Shown here piece by piece: positions 18,601 through 33,600 of a DNA stretch of 64,000 nt (its first letter is position 1; each line of letters starts with the position of its first letter). Origin of the DNA: Candidatus Aenigmatarchaeota archaeon (GTDB lineage Archaea; Aenigmatarchaeota; Aenigmatarchaeia; CG10238-14); contig JAOAJH010000003.1 in assembly GCA_026414305.1 (NCBI GenBank), forward strand, positions 64,994-128,993, read 5' to 3'. Position numbers and translations under genes: made by a program. Below the pieces are notes generated by a model that was not told the DNA's origin, ran no database searches, and worked only from the letters and a program-made list of their open reading frames with translations.

Positions 18601-21600
18601 TATTGAATCCATGTAATTTATAGACCTATATTCAACATCACTTCTTATCAAATTGTCAAACGTATCATTTGCTGTTATATTCAAATCATATGCTCTATTT
18701 TCTGGAAGCATTGGTGCTGTAAAGTTGACTATCCATAATTGTTGTGATGGTGAATAGTAAGCAGAGTCAACAACAACTGCTTGCGAAAATGATTCGTTGA
18801 AAATTCTGACAAAGAATGTTACATTATCTGTCAACACTTGACCAAATGTGACATTAACTCTTGCTGATATAGTGTCGCCAAATGTTATTCCTGTTATTGG
18901 ATTTGTTGACGTTGGATATTTAATGTCAACATAATATGGCGTGACATGCAAGCTAACAAATGTTGATTTTTGTTGATCAGCCGTTGTATTTCCTGTAGTT
19001 ATATAGCCAGTAAAGTTGCTTATTTGAGCTATGTTAGGCACAGTGTAATTTATTTTAATTGTATAGACAGCTCCAATTGGAATTGTAATGTATGATTCTG
19101 CCAAAGATAGATAAGATGATATATTTCCTGTCTTTTCAACTTTCAAAAGCAATGGAGTATTACCTGTATTTTGCAATTCAATGCTTCCATAATAGCCATA
19201 TGAATCACCTAAGACGTTTCTATATATTTCTAGAGGTGACTGAGTCCAAGACAAATTCATTGGTACAATGACATATATTGGAACATTCATCGAAATGTTT
19301 GTTGCATTTACTTGTATAGTTCCATTGTATGTACCCAGTGGATATTGTCTAGGCACTGCAACTGAAATGTTGACATAAGCTGCTTCTGAAACATTCAATC
19401 TGCTGATAAATGATGGTATGAATGATATATTGAAATCTTGGCATACTGTTCCGGATAAGCAAGAAAATGTTATGTTTGTAACATCGTCATTACCTATTGA
19501 TTGAATAGTCAAAGTACCATTATTTTCAGTGCCGTCTGGAACATACACAGTAACATTGGAAGATAAATTCAATTTTGGATTTGACAAAACTTCAAATTCT
19601 AATTGGCTCAACGATTCATCAGTTGTATTGTCTAGATTAATCCATGAGTTGCTAAAGTTAAGCATGTATTTTCCTGGCTTTGTTGCAGGTGATATGTTGA
19701 CTAAAACTAAATCTGAATATGATTGAGTCTTTAATATCAAATTATAAAAGCTGTTGTTAATGTTTGTTGAAAGGTTCTGCGGTGATGTTATGTTGACAGA
19801 AACATTGAATGCTCTTGAATTTCCTATGTTGTTTGTAGAAACATTTAATACATATTGTTTTCCTTCAAATAATGTTATATTGGATACGTCAACTTTGGAA
19901 ACATTGAATGATTGATTGATTTGTGTTTTGCCAGATGCTAATACTGGTATTGGATTAGTGCATGCTATCAATGATTGAGTATCGTTTGCGCATATGCTTA
20001 TGTTGTGATAGCCGTGTATATTTGTTGAATAAACAGCAGAATAATATTTTCCAGTTGGCTGTATAGGCTGTTGTATTGATGATCCGTTTGGCAATGTGAC
20101 ATTAATGAATGCATAAGAAACTGCAAAATTATCTGTTATAATAGCTGAGATGTTTGTGTTTTCATAAATCATTTCAAATGTTTGAGGTATGATGCTAACA
20201 TTGCTTATAATAGGAGGTATATCTGTCACGTTTAGCCAGAAGCTTGTCTTGTATTCTTGAGGCATTGCTGTTGTGTTTGTTATTATTATCTCAGCATAAT
20301 ACATTCCTTGTGCTGATACATATGATGCTGGAATTGTATAATTGACGCTGACATTTCTCACTGCACCATTGTCCAAACTGAAAGCAGATGGATAAATGTT
20401 AAACAGCTGTGAAGCATTTTGCTGCTTGTATGCATTGAAAATTATTCTTATGTTTGCAAAACTTGTTGTTGTTATATCGCCTATATAACCAGTTGTGTTT
20501 GGTGGTGCTAGTATTATGCCAAAGCTATCTGGTGATCTTTGCCATGAAGCATTCAATGGAACTGTTATATACAAAGGCATCAAATCAGGTGCTGTTTCTG
20601 GTGATGATGCTCTTACATATGTCCAATAAGTTCCTGGAGGTTGAGCTATTGGAACTTGAACCTTTAAATCGACAATAAAGTTTGCACCTGCTTCAAGCAA
20701 ACCCCATTCATTTGGAACTATGATTATCTGACATTCAGGACATAATGTTGAAATGTTGCCACCTACTGTTGTTACAGTAATATCTGTTATCAAATCATTT
20801 CCTATTGAACTCACATTTACATCAGGTATATCTGTCAATTTGTCATGCGGTGTTATTGCTGTAACATTTTCTTCTATTATATCTATGATTTTGTTTGATA
20901 TTATGATGAAATTCGTATCTTCTGAGTCTATGCCTAAACTTTGATCAGGATTTCTCCAAACAGCATCTGTTATAAGCTTTAACACAGAAGGTGGTGTTGC
21001 AGCTGGAACTGTGACAAGCAATCCAAATATACATGAACTTTGATTGTAAACAATACCACATTGATGCATTGTCTCGTTAAATATTAATGAATTCAAAGGA
21101 TCTGCTGTGAATGTTAAATTGACGCCATATGCTGTCGCTGGGCCAGTGTTTGTAAAGTTTATTGTAATTGCTGCTGATTCTGAATTTACCCATGTTATTC
21201 CATTTATTTGTATTTCGTCGGGTTGTGTAACAATTCCGTCTGTTTTGCCGTTTACATAGAAATATCCAACAAATGTGTTATTGATATTGTTTTCAGGTGG
21301 ATTATCGACTGCAAATATTGTGACATTGTATACCCCGCCTATAGGAGGCAAATAAAATAATGAATATAGGTTTGATCCCATGTGAGACAATGTTAAATTG
21401 ACATATGTTCCATTAGGTGTTCCTATCCTAGCAAATACATTACTTACGCCTATATCATCTATTACAACTGCTGATATATTTGTATAATTCAAATTAGCTT
21501 CTAAACCATAAATTGGATGTATGCTTTGATTATATATTTGTGGTGGTCTTGTATCTCTTACTGTTATTGATGCTAAAGCTTCTGGTATGTTTGGTGTATA

Positions 21601-24600
21601 TAGCTTGACATAATCGTTTGTTATGTTGCATCTAAATGTTATCGTTCCTTTTTGTATTGGTTCAAATGTGTTTGTAGCATGTCCAGATGCATTTGTGAGT
21701 AGCGTTCCGTTATATATGTACCCTGGTGTATAGTTGTACCAGAAATCAACTAAATAGTTTGCTATGCCAACGCCTGTACTTGAATCAACAACTCTACAAA
21801 CTGTATTAAATGGTAAAGGATATGGCATTATGCTGCCATCTTGTGGATAAATCCATTGTACATCAGCCAAGCTACTTACAGTTATTATCAATGTCTGTTC
21901 GCCTTTGTCATAATAATCTCTTGTTGCGTTTGCGGTTAATGTATGGTTGCCTGTTGTTTGATCAAGCAAAAGCCAATTTGTATTTTCACCTGATGCAACT
22001 AGAGCTGTTTCGTTAAACCATCTTAAATTCGATGAAGTGGGTTGATTTGATTCATCGACGACTGAAGCTGACAAAACAAGATTGTCTGTTTTTGCCCAGA
22101 AGCTATTGTTTTGAGGTGATGATATATTCAAATAAAGTTTACCTCTCACTTCTATTGTGGTTGTGTTTGTTTCTGAATCTTCCAATCCTGATTTAGTTGC
22201 GTTTATGTATATAGTGTAAACATTTGGTGTAACTGTATCGCTTGGATTGAAATTTATGGTACAAATACCACTTGAGTTTGTCATGCAATAGTCAATTAAT
22301 GCTGTTGAATTGTAAAATGTGATATTTGCATTGTTTGCATCTCCAACCAAAGAATCTCTAACTTTCACTGTTATATTCACATTGTTCGGTTCAAAACTAT
22401 TGTTTCTATAAACAAATGGTGCGTCTTTTTGAATTGTCTGAATTATTAATGGTCTTTTTATTAATATCTGAACTTCATCTTGTTTCTTTGATGCATTATA
22501 GAAAAGAATATTATTGTCAGATATTGAACAAGTGATATTATACCAACCAGGTGTTTCTGCTAACGTTTGCCATAACCAGACAGCTTCACCTTCAGAGTTT
22601 GTCAATTGTGAATCCTGGAATGTACCATTTTTGTAAAAGTTGACAGTATAACCTTGCAATGGTGATGTTGTGTTTTGATCAGTTACTTTGCATTTGACAT
22701 TTACTGAAAATCCTGCAAGATAATTTGAAGCATTTATTGGATTTTCTATTAAAACACCACTCCAACCATAAATGTACACATTTGTGAAATTGCTGTTTTT
22801 ATCATAATATGTTCTGCTTGTGTTTACGTAAATTGTTTCTGGACCAAGTTGATAGAAAGTTGGTATTTGCCATGTTGTGCTATAACCATTTGCAATATTG
22901 TAAAATGTTTCGTTATACCAATTAACAGTTGAGTCATTAACAGCAACTAGACATTCATCAAAAACATTTGTTGTAAGGTTTGCATATTGATTTCTGTTTA
23001 ATATTTGCTGATTGTAAGGTGATTGTATTGATGTATTCAACTGAGCTATGACTGTTAGTTGAGTCGGCACTGTTTGTACATATTCATAGCAGCTATCATC
23101 TGTTTTTCCTATCCATTGCTGCACTCCAGCTAAAGAAGAACAGTCAGGGTTATAATAGACATAACATTGACCTGTTGAATCTGTTGTACAATTCATAACA
23201 TAAGAGTAATTTGTATAATCCAAAGTAATGTTGACTTTTCCACTTGCCAAAGGTGCATATCTTCCATAATCATAATCATAAATTGTAAAGTTTAGTAATG
23301 CTAAATTGTTTCCTATCCTTCTAACAGTTGAGTTAGACAAACCAACAACTAAGCTAACATTATCGTATTCCAGCGTGAAATTCATTACTGTTGTATTTGC
23401 CGAATAGCCGAATTGATCAACTGTTGTGAAATAGAAATAATTGAATCCCATGTCACTGCAATTAAACTTCTTTGAAAATACAACATCCTGATTGACAGCA
23501 TTGCTAACATTTCTTGAATCAACCAATGTCCAGTTAATACCGTCAAAGCTCTTCCAGACAGAAACATTATTTATGTTAAGATCAAAATCTGTTACTCTTA
23601 CTGCAAAGTCATATGTCTCTCCCCATCCGCCTCTGTAATGATTATTCAATATTCTTGGATTGCTTAATGATGGTAAAGTACCTAAGAAGTATGCATCATC
23701 TCTAAAGCTGCTGTTTAATGCATAATAATTCTTTGTAACGCTAAACAACAAATCGTAATAGCCGTATGGTCTGTTTGTTGAAACCCATGTACAATTATAC
23801 CATCCGTTTGCTTCTGTCTTGTTAAAGCAACCGTATTCATTTATTCCTATGTAAGAAGTCCATGTTGATGTAGCACCTGAAACTAAACCACAATCATCAT
23901 ACACTCTACCAACAAATGGAACTGGGTTTGATCTTATAAATCCTTGGCCGTATGGAAAATCTATTTGTGGCCTCAATTCAGATTTAATTGTTATTGTATA
24001 ATTTGTTGAATTCTTGTCTTTATAGCAAGCATCATCATAAACTCCTGCTATCCATTTTTGCGGTCCTGTCAAATAATCGCATTCAGGTTGAGGTGCTTCT
24101 GAAGTGAATAAATAATTCAAATGGCTGGAGATATTTGTCGTAGTCTGTTTGCCAATGTCAAATGAAAGATAATTGGTTGTAACCCAGAACATGCCATTAT
24201 AGCCTGCTCCTGGATATGTGTTTTTATCACTGTCATAAACTCTTACGCTTAGCCTTCTATTATCAGTTCCGTTTCTCCAAACTTCATCTCCATTTCCAGA
24301 TTCTAATGTGAGTATAACATCATCTTTGGTCAAATTAAATGTTTTATTCCATGGCTCAATTAATGTACTGTTTGTTAGATAGGATCTTGTATCTAAAGCT
24401 GAAATTTCAAATTGTTGTTGATAATCTTGATCTGCGCATGTAAATCCTTGATATGTCATGATTACAGTGGAATTCAATGGTGAAGATACTGTTGTGAAAT
24501 TGATTTGATTCCAGTCATCAAAAACAACTGATTTGTAATAAAGACTGACAACAACATCATCTAAATCTTCATCTGTGACATTTGCTGTGAATGTATATCT

Positions 24601-27600
24601 CTCTCCCCAACCCCAATCTTGCGCAGGTGTTATTGTTAAATTCTGTACAATTGGTTTTGTTTTTACAAAGAACGGTCTTATATGCAGTGAAATGTTTGAA
24701 TTATAGTATTGCTGACTGGAATTAACAGAAACGTTATACCATCTTGCCCTCATTCCTGTTGTGTTTTTCTCACAATAATAAATTCCGCCGCCTATTGTTG
24801 TTACTGGCTCGCATCCATAGACATTTCCATATTCACTTGTCAAATTCAATATTATATTGGCATTTTCAACAGGAGCTGCACAATCATCAATTTCTTCCAA
24901 AGCAAATGTAACATTTTCTTCTCCTCTTAAATAACTGTCGCCTGTAGGTCCTGTTAATTTATTGATTATGTCTCCTATTATGTAAACTGTGTAGTTTTCA
25001 GTTGTATTAATATTCTTGTAGCATATGTTGTTGTTAGCGCCAACTTTCCAATATTGCAAACCAAGGTTGTTAAATGTACACGATGGATTGAATGAATAAT
25101 TGAGCGTTCCATTGAACGATGTTTTTGGTGTTGAATTTTCTATAAAGTTTGACTGATCAACTGTAACATATACAGACATGTTAACATTTGAAGGATACAA
25201 GTTGCTATCCAAATCATAAACTTGTAAAACAAAGTTTGTTGATTGAGAGCCGCTTCTATTTACATATGATTGATTTCCGCTGATATAATACAATTGAACA
25301 TCGTTTGGTTCTATGACAAGATTTGTGTTGTTTGTTGTGTTAAATGTATTTGTACCATCGTAAACTTCAAACATATATCTGTTATCATTTCCTATATCGC
25401 CACAATCAAATGTTGATACATTGACTTGACATCTTCCATAACCATTGTAAATTGTTGAATTGCCTTTGTTCATCCATGTTAATCCATTATTGGTTGACAC
25501 TAATAAAGTACATGTTACATTATCTTTCTGTAAATCATCTACATCCAAACTAAATGTAAATGTTCTGCCCCAACCTTCTGATGTTGGTGTAACAGATAGG
25601 TTTTCTACATAAGGCGGTGTATTGACAAGATATAGCCATTGAGATAATAGCGTACTGTTAGAATAATAATATGTCTTTGATGAATTTAGTCTTATATCCC
25701 AATAACCACCTTGATGTAAAGTTGTGTTCCAAGTGCAATTGTATATATTTTGTGAAGATGTTACAGGCAAGCATGATTCATAAATTCCTGAAGGCGATCT
25801 AAATTCTATTTTGCCGTTTGATTGATTTACAGGCAAAGAGCATTCATCAAGTACTGCAAATGTTGTGTTTACATAATTGCCTACTGCAAATGTTGTGTTG
25901 TATGGTGGTGATAATATATAATTCTTTAATTGACCTGTTATCTCTATTGTAAATCCAAAGTCAGGATTATTATCTTTGTAACAAACATCGTCATATATAC
26001 CTGCTCTCCATTTTTGTACGCCAACATTGTATGTACAATTAGGATCAAAATAATAGCTTAAATAGCTTGAAGAGTCTGTTGTATTTATTGCGCTTAAAAT
26101 ATAATTTACACCATCTGTTGTTATCCAAACAGAACCGTTTATATTTGGCCCGACAAGATAATCATCTCTATCAAAATCTCTTATTTGAACTCTTATCAGT
26201 TCATAATCGTTGTATTCCCTATCAACTTGAGTTCCTGCACCTGATACATACTCAATCGTTGTATCGTCTTTGTCTATGTTGAACGGTGATGTATAATTAT
26301 TTGAATAGCCCCATACATCTGTTACTTTGAACATAAATTGTCTCTGGCCGATATTCTCACAGGCAAATGTTTTGTCTGGAAAATCAACTTGTTGTGGTCC
26401 ACTTACTATTGTTGAGTCAGCTAACTGCCAACTACCTGTCAAGTTAAACCATAATGACACATTGTAATAATCACCGTCCAAATCTTGTGTTATTGCTGTA
26501 AATAGCCAATTCTCACCCCAACCACCATCTTGTTCTGGTGTAGCTGTTGGCGGTGGTGTTAGCAATATCTCTGGTTTTGTTGCCAAATAAAATGCATTTG
26601 TTTTTTCCACAAACGTGCCATTGTAATACTGCTTGGAAACATCAACTGTTACATCATGCCATCCAGTATTCCATGTAGTTGTAGTTGAATAAGGTATTGT
26701 ACAATTGTAATAGCCATTGCCTTCATAGTAAACATTATTGCATTCATAACTTTCTGATGGAACATAAAACACAACAGTTGCGTTTGGCACACCACCACAG
26801 TCATCTGTAACTCTTACTCGCAATACAATATCATCAATGCCTCTTAATCTTGAAATACCGTCTGGGTTTGTAATATTAGCTGTCAATCCCACTGTAACAA
26901 TTGTCCAGTTGAAGATGCTTGAGTTTGTATCTTTGTAAGGAGTATTGCCATACAATTCGGCAAACCAATATTGCGGACCTACTTGGAAGGAACATTCTAA
27001 TGCTTGCAAATGAGCAATTTCACCTGAACTATTTGCAAATTTGTCTATTGTGTTTGTAAATGAAGAGCCATCTTTTGTAAACCAAAATCTACCTCTGCTA
27101 CCAGAAGGCAAATCATCCCATGGTGTTCTGTCAGTATCCCACATTCTTACTCTGAAGAAGAGACTACCTTCTGTTCTGTTCACAACTGTTGAATTTCCAT
27201 AAGTATGATTTATGTAAACATCATCTTTCTGCAGACTTATATTCAATTCTTGTGTTTGATCTATATCATTTTCTGTTGGTATAACTTCATCTTGTGTTCT
27301 GAAATAATATTTTGTTAAGTTGTTTAATGAATTGATATAATCGCTTGAGCTGAATAGATTTACTTGAATAAATGTTACTGTTTGATTTATGCCTGATATA
27401 GTTGTTGTGTTTGAGTTAGTCCAGCCACTTGATTTGTTGACCCACAACCTTAATGTATTTGGATCCAAATCTTCATCTGTAAAGTTGACAGTGAAAATAT
27501 ATGTTTCGCCCCAACCACCATCACCAGAAGCTGTAACTGTTGGGTTATTTAATTCTGGTTTTGTCTCTATCCAAAATGCATTTGACTTTGTTGTATAATT

Positions 27601-30600
27601 GAAATTGTATAATGTTTTAACGCTAAATGCTGTAACATTCCACCATCTTGCCGCATATGTTGAAGTATTAAATGTGCAGTTATAAAGTCCTGTATTTTCA
27701 TTCAATATAGGAGTGCATAAATATTGAGTTGAATCTTTAACATTTGTGAAGTTTATTGTGACAGATTCATTCATTACTTCATTTGAACAATCACTTGAAA
27801 CATTCACTTTGATAGTAATGTTACTTCCTCTCAAAAATTCTTGACTGCTTGGTTGAATTATGTTGTTAAATAGTGTGCCATTTACATGAACTAAATATTC
27901 GGTTGAATTTATGTCTACATAGCATTTGTCATTGCTAACACCACCTATCCATTTTTGTGTTCCTGGTATATACATACAAGTTGGCAAAAAGCTGTGCAAA
28001 ACATAACCAAGCAAATCTGTTTTTGTTTGATTTACAAGTGTATAATTGTAATAATCATAAGTTATCCAAAAACTTGTGTTAGCATTGTAAACAAAGGTTT
28101 GATTTTCTGTATCATAAACCCTAACAACTAATGGTTTTGTTTGGAAACTTCTATTGACAAATGTATTGTTACCTTGATGAAGCTGCACTTGAACAGATGA
28201 TTCTGTAATATTTGGACCTGCATATACTGTTGTGTTATATGCATTAGCGGGCTCACCATTGACAATTTGCCATTTATAGTAAATATCTTTTCCTATGTCA
28301 TCACAGCTAAAGTCATGTACAGTTACAAAACATTTACCCAAGCCATTTTGAAGCAAATAACTTCCTTTGTACTCCCATGTTAATTGATTGTCTTTACTTA
28401 CAAACAAACTGCAGTTTATATCTTCTCTTTCTGGATCATCTATATCTATGGTATAATTATATAATCTGCTCCATCCACCTATTCCTGGCGCTAAAGTTAC
28501 ATTATCATATGTTGAATTTAGATTTTCAAGCCAGAACCAATTTGTATACATGGACGAATTAAATGCAAAATATGGTGTCTTTGTGCTATTAAGCGTTATT
28601 GACCAATATCCCTCTTTTTTGTGAGTGGAATTCCATGTACAATTGTACCATCCATTGTATTCATTGTAAACAGGTGTGCATGTTTCCCAAACATTCAATG
28701 GTGATCTCAAAGAAATAGTTGGTGTAGCATTTGCTATTATTCCTTCGGTCAAGCATTCAGTTGTTGTATTGAATCTTATTGCTATTAAATCTGTTACATT
28801 ATAGACGCTATTGTAGCTTGGTAGTTGTATATTGTTCCTCAATTGAGCTGTAACTTCAAATTGAGGTGCGAATGACAAATTCTTGTTTTTATAGCAACTA
28901 TCTTGATAAACTCCTGCTATCCATCTCTGCATGCCGTATCCATAATTGCAATCTGGGTCAAAATCATAATTTGCATAACCACTTGAATTTATTTGTACAA
29001 ATCTTCCACTGTCATAATTGTTTCCATCAACAGTTATCCACATTGCTGTGTTTGTAGATGTGTTTATAACATAACTGTTGCTATCAGTATCTAAAACTCT
29101 ATAGATGAATCTACCTGTAGTTGAGTTAGCTCTGTATATTGATGATGGTTGATCAACAAACTCTATTGCAACATCGCTTTTATCAATTGTGAATGTCGAT
29201 GACGTTTCGTTTTTGTAATTCCATTGATCTGTTACATTCCATTTGTATGATTTTATTCCGATATCACCACATGAAAACTTGTTGTACAAAAATGTTATTG
29301 CCTTCCAACTTGCACAATTTGGATTGTCTATTGCTGAACATATTGTGCTGTTTATTAATTGATAACCGCTGCCAAAATCAATCCACAGGCTTATGTTCAA
29401 TTTTTCAAAATTGTAAACATTTTGATCGACATCTCTTACAATTGCAGTGAAATTCCATGTTTCAGACCATCCATATGGTGATAATGAATCTGATGTTGTT
29501 GGAGCATATGCTGTTATTTCTGGGTTTGTTACAAGCACAAATGAATCTTGTTTGTAAGCAGTGTTCGATGCGTTGTAATATTGCTTGGATGCATTGAATT
29601 CAAGATCATAATATGTCAAGCCTGCTGTTGGCGGCGAATATAACGTGCAATTATATGTTCCATTCAAATTGTCAGTTGGTGAATTGCATGTTGTCCATGA
29701 ATATTCAGGATATGCTTTGAAAAATGCCGTGGCTTGTGTCAAACCGCCGCAATCATCGCTTGCATAAGCTATCAATGGTATTGGATCTATTACTCTTCTG
29801 AAAGTCTGATTGTTTGGACCGATTATTTGCAAAGCTATTTCATGTGTTGTTATATTTATTGAAAATTCAGAACTGTTTGTAGTTTTGTAAGCATATGATC
29901 CAAATTCAACTTTCCATTTTTGTGGTCCAATTCCATATGTACATCTAGAAAGTGTTGGAAATGTATTTGTTAAATAGCTGCCACCTTCTATTGATGATAA
30001 TGTTTTATCTATCACATAACTATTAGCATTATTAGGATCTGTTGTAACATAGAAATAACCTGTTCCTGGTTCACCTGGCGAAATTGCTACATTTCTATCT
30101 ACATCAAAAACTTTAACTCTCAAAGTAACTGTTTGTGTTGTGCTTCTGTTTATTACAACATTGTCGCCTTCAATTAAAGTGATGTTTATTGTATCTTTAT
30201 CTATTGTGAATGTACCAATAGTTGTGTTAGCTGAGTTCAAGCCATCTGTTGAATTGAAGAAATATTCCCAGTTGCCTATATCTAAAGCTGTAAAGTCTGT
30301 TTTAACAAATTGCACTTGCTGCGGCGACGATGATGCTGAAACTAGAGATGTCTTTGCAAGCCAAAAGTTTGTTGGAGTGCAATCGCCGCCAACACATCTT
30401 ATCCATAAGCTCACATTATTGACGTCATTATCATCATCTCTTACATAAACACTAAATGTATGTGGAGCGCCCCAACCACCTGTTAATGGAGATGTTGTTG
30501 GATTTGCTAAAACAGGTCTTGTAGATACAAAGAATGCCTGTGTCTTTATTGTATTATTCGGAGTCAAATACTGAAATCCGGAAGAGTTCATTCTTATGTT

Positions 30601-33600
30601 ATACCATTGAGTTGGTTTTGATGTAGTATCAAAACTACAATTGTAATAGCCATTTCCTTCATTTGTAAATGAACCTGGCGTACATGAATATTGATTTGAT
30701 GTGCCTATGTGAATTATTGTAAAGTTGACTGTTGCATTATTTATTAATCCCTCATTTGACGGGCAATCTGTTGTTACATTTGCTCTTATTGTAACATTTT
30801 GTTCGTCTCTATTGTACTTTTCTCCATTCGGTATTGCAATATTATTTATCAAATTTCCAAATATTGTCAAATTGTACACAGATGATGAAGCATCATTGTA
30901 ACATTGATCACCACCTGTAGCACCTGATTTGTAAGCAAACCATTTTTGGTCTCCAACATTGTAAGAACAGCTTGGATTGAATCTATATGTTACATTTCCT
31001 CTCAATGTTGTGTTTGATCCATCAATGACGTAAGAGACACCATTAATTGTAACATTGAAATAGACTGTTGCATTTCCGGATGTGCCATTTCCAACAGGCC
31101 ATGCTTTTGTTGTGTCATTTACAAAAACTCTTAATGTTGTAAATTCATTTCCAGTTCTATTTACAATTGTGTTGTTGCCTGAGAGCAATGTTATAGTTAT
31201 GTTATTTCTTTCTATTATAGGACCTTCTTCGCTTGAAATGTTGAATGGTGTGTGATAACCGTCTGTTATTTCAAATTTAAACCAGTTATCGCTACCAACA
31301 TCTGTATATGTTGCATTGCAATTGAAATTTGAGACAACAAAGCTACATAATCCAGAGCTCCCTATTGTTCTTTGTCCTTGTCTTCTCCATGTATTACCAT
31401 CATCTGTTGATGTATACAAAACACATGTTATTGGATCGCCGTCAGAATCTGTTAAATAGACAGAGTAATTGTAAACATCGCCCCATCCTCCCATTGTTGG
31501 TGTTACTGTAGGTATGGTTGTGTTTGTTGGATTTGCGTTGTATATTTCAAACCAATCTGGAAATACCGTTTGTTTTGTGTTAAAGTATTGCTTTGAGCTT
31601 GTGAATTTTATATCCCAAAATCCTGGTTGTTTGAATGAGCTATTCCACGAACAATTGTAAACACCATAAGTTGAATTTACAGGCGAACATGTTTCCCAAG
31701 ATGCTCCATTTAAGCTTAACTCTATTGTCGGTGTTACATTTATCAAAGGTGCTTCATCTGATCTTGTATATGTACAATCACTTGTCGTGTTGTATTTTAT
31801 TTCTATAACTGATCCTGTTGGGTAAGATGATAAATAGTCTGGTAACTCGAGATTATTGTAGATGCTGCCTTTGATTATGAATGAATCTTGTTCTGTTGTT
31901 GTTTTATAACAAACATCATTGTAAACTTGTGCTCTCCATTGTTGTATGCCAACTGAATAAGTGCAGTCTGGGTCTAAATAATAATTAATATAACCGCTGC
32001 TGTTTGTTTGCAAATTAAAATCATTCCAACTGTTTGGATCGCTTGAATTGTATGTTACTCTTATCCTGGTAGATACATCTTGTCCTACAGGGGTAGAATA
32101 TCTATCTAAATCTGTCACAAGTGCGCTTAAAAGAATTTGATCCAAACCTTCTCTGTTTAATTCATAGCCAGTTGTGGATGAGATGAAAATTTCTGTATCA
32201 TCCTCCTGTAACGTGAAAGTGCTGTTTATCTCATCTTTGAAACCGAAATCGTCTGAAACGTTGAATTTGAAAAGCTTTAATCCTAAATCAGATGCTTGAG
32301 TGCAATTGAACGTGTTGTAAAATGTTATTGTTGATGGATCTATACCATTCCTCCAATATGTTTGATTAAATAAAACCCAATTGCCATCTAAATTCATCCA
32401 TAAGTAAACTGTAGAATTATCATTGTCTGGATCTATTAAATCGACTGAAAAACTCCATAATTCTCCCCACCCGCCAACATTTGAACCTTGTTGAGACAGC
32501 ACAACTATGTTTGATAATTCAGGTGCTGTACCTATTCTAAATGATCTATGTTCTATATAAACAGGTGACGATTCGTAATATTGTTTGCTAGCATTTACAG
32601 AAACGTTGTACCATCCTGTTGGCCAATCTTCTGAAAATATCTGTGACGCAGATAATGTACAATTGTAAATACCATTACCTTCATCTAACGTTGGATTAAA
32701 TGGATCGTTCGGATTACATATACCTCTCACAACACCACTAGCATCAATTGCCCTTATTGTAACATTAGCGTTTCTAACCAAACCACAATCGTCTGTCAAG
32801 TTTACTTTGATCACAACATTATCAATACCTTTTAATGCTGTTTGGTTTTTAGGTGATATTACTCTCGCTTGTAGTGGTTGAGCAATTATTGTAAAGAATG
32901 AAACGCTTGAATTGCTTGATTTGTATGGTGTTTCATCATAAATCTCTGCTTTCCATTTCTGAGGACCGACAGTGAATTTACAATCTGGTTTTGAGTAATT
33001 TGTCGCATAACCCCATCCTGCTGATGATGGTTGCTCGCCTGTACCATTTGTTCTTAAGGCAGGTGGGGAAACAATTGTATAGTTTTCATTGTTATCATTT
33101 GTCATCAAAAATCTTATTCTTCTGTTACCTAGAGTCGTATCATACTTGTCTGCATCCCACAATCTTACTGTCATTGTAAAGTTGGAGACAGACAAAGGTG
33201 ATGATCTATTGACGACTGTATTGTTGCCTTCTATATATTGAACAAATGTGTCGTCTTTATCAAGATAGAAAGTTCCATTGCCTGTTTCATTTACATTTTG
33301 TATGAAATCAACTGTGTTTTCAGTAACATTGTATTTGAATTTGAATGCCTTGTTTGCAAATGTTGATGTAAATGTCACGTTGAAATAAACTGTTTGATTT
33401 ACACCTGAAACTGTGTTGTTTGATGCTCTGAATGTCCATATTTCTGGATCTACTGTTGAATTTACCCATAATCTTAATGTCAAAACATCCATATCTTCAT
33501 CTGTCACATTAGTTGCAAATAGCCAATATTCACCCCAACCACCATCTCCTGCTGGCACTGGTGTTAATGGCAAATAAGGTTCTATAACAGGTTTTGTTTC

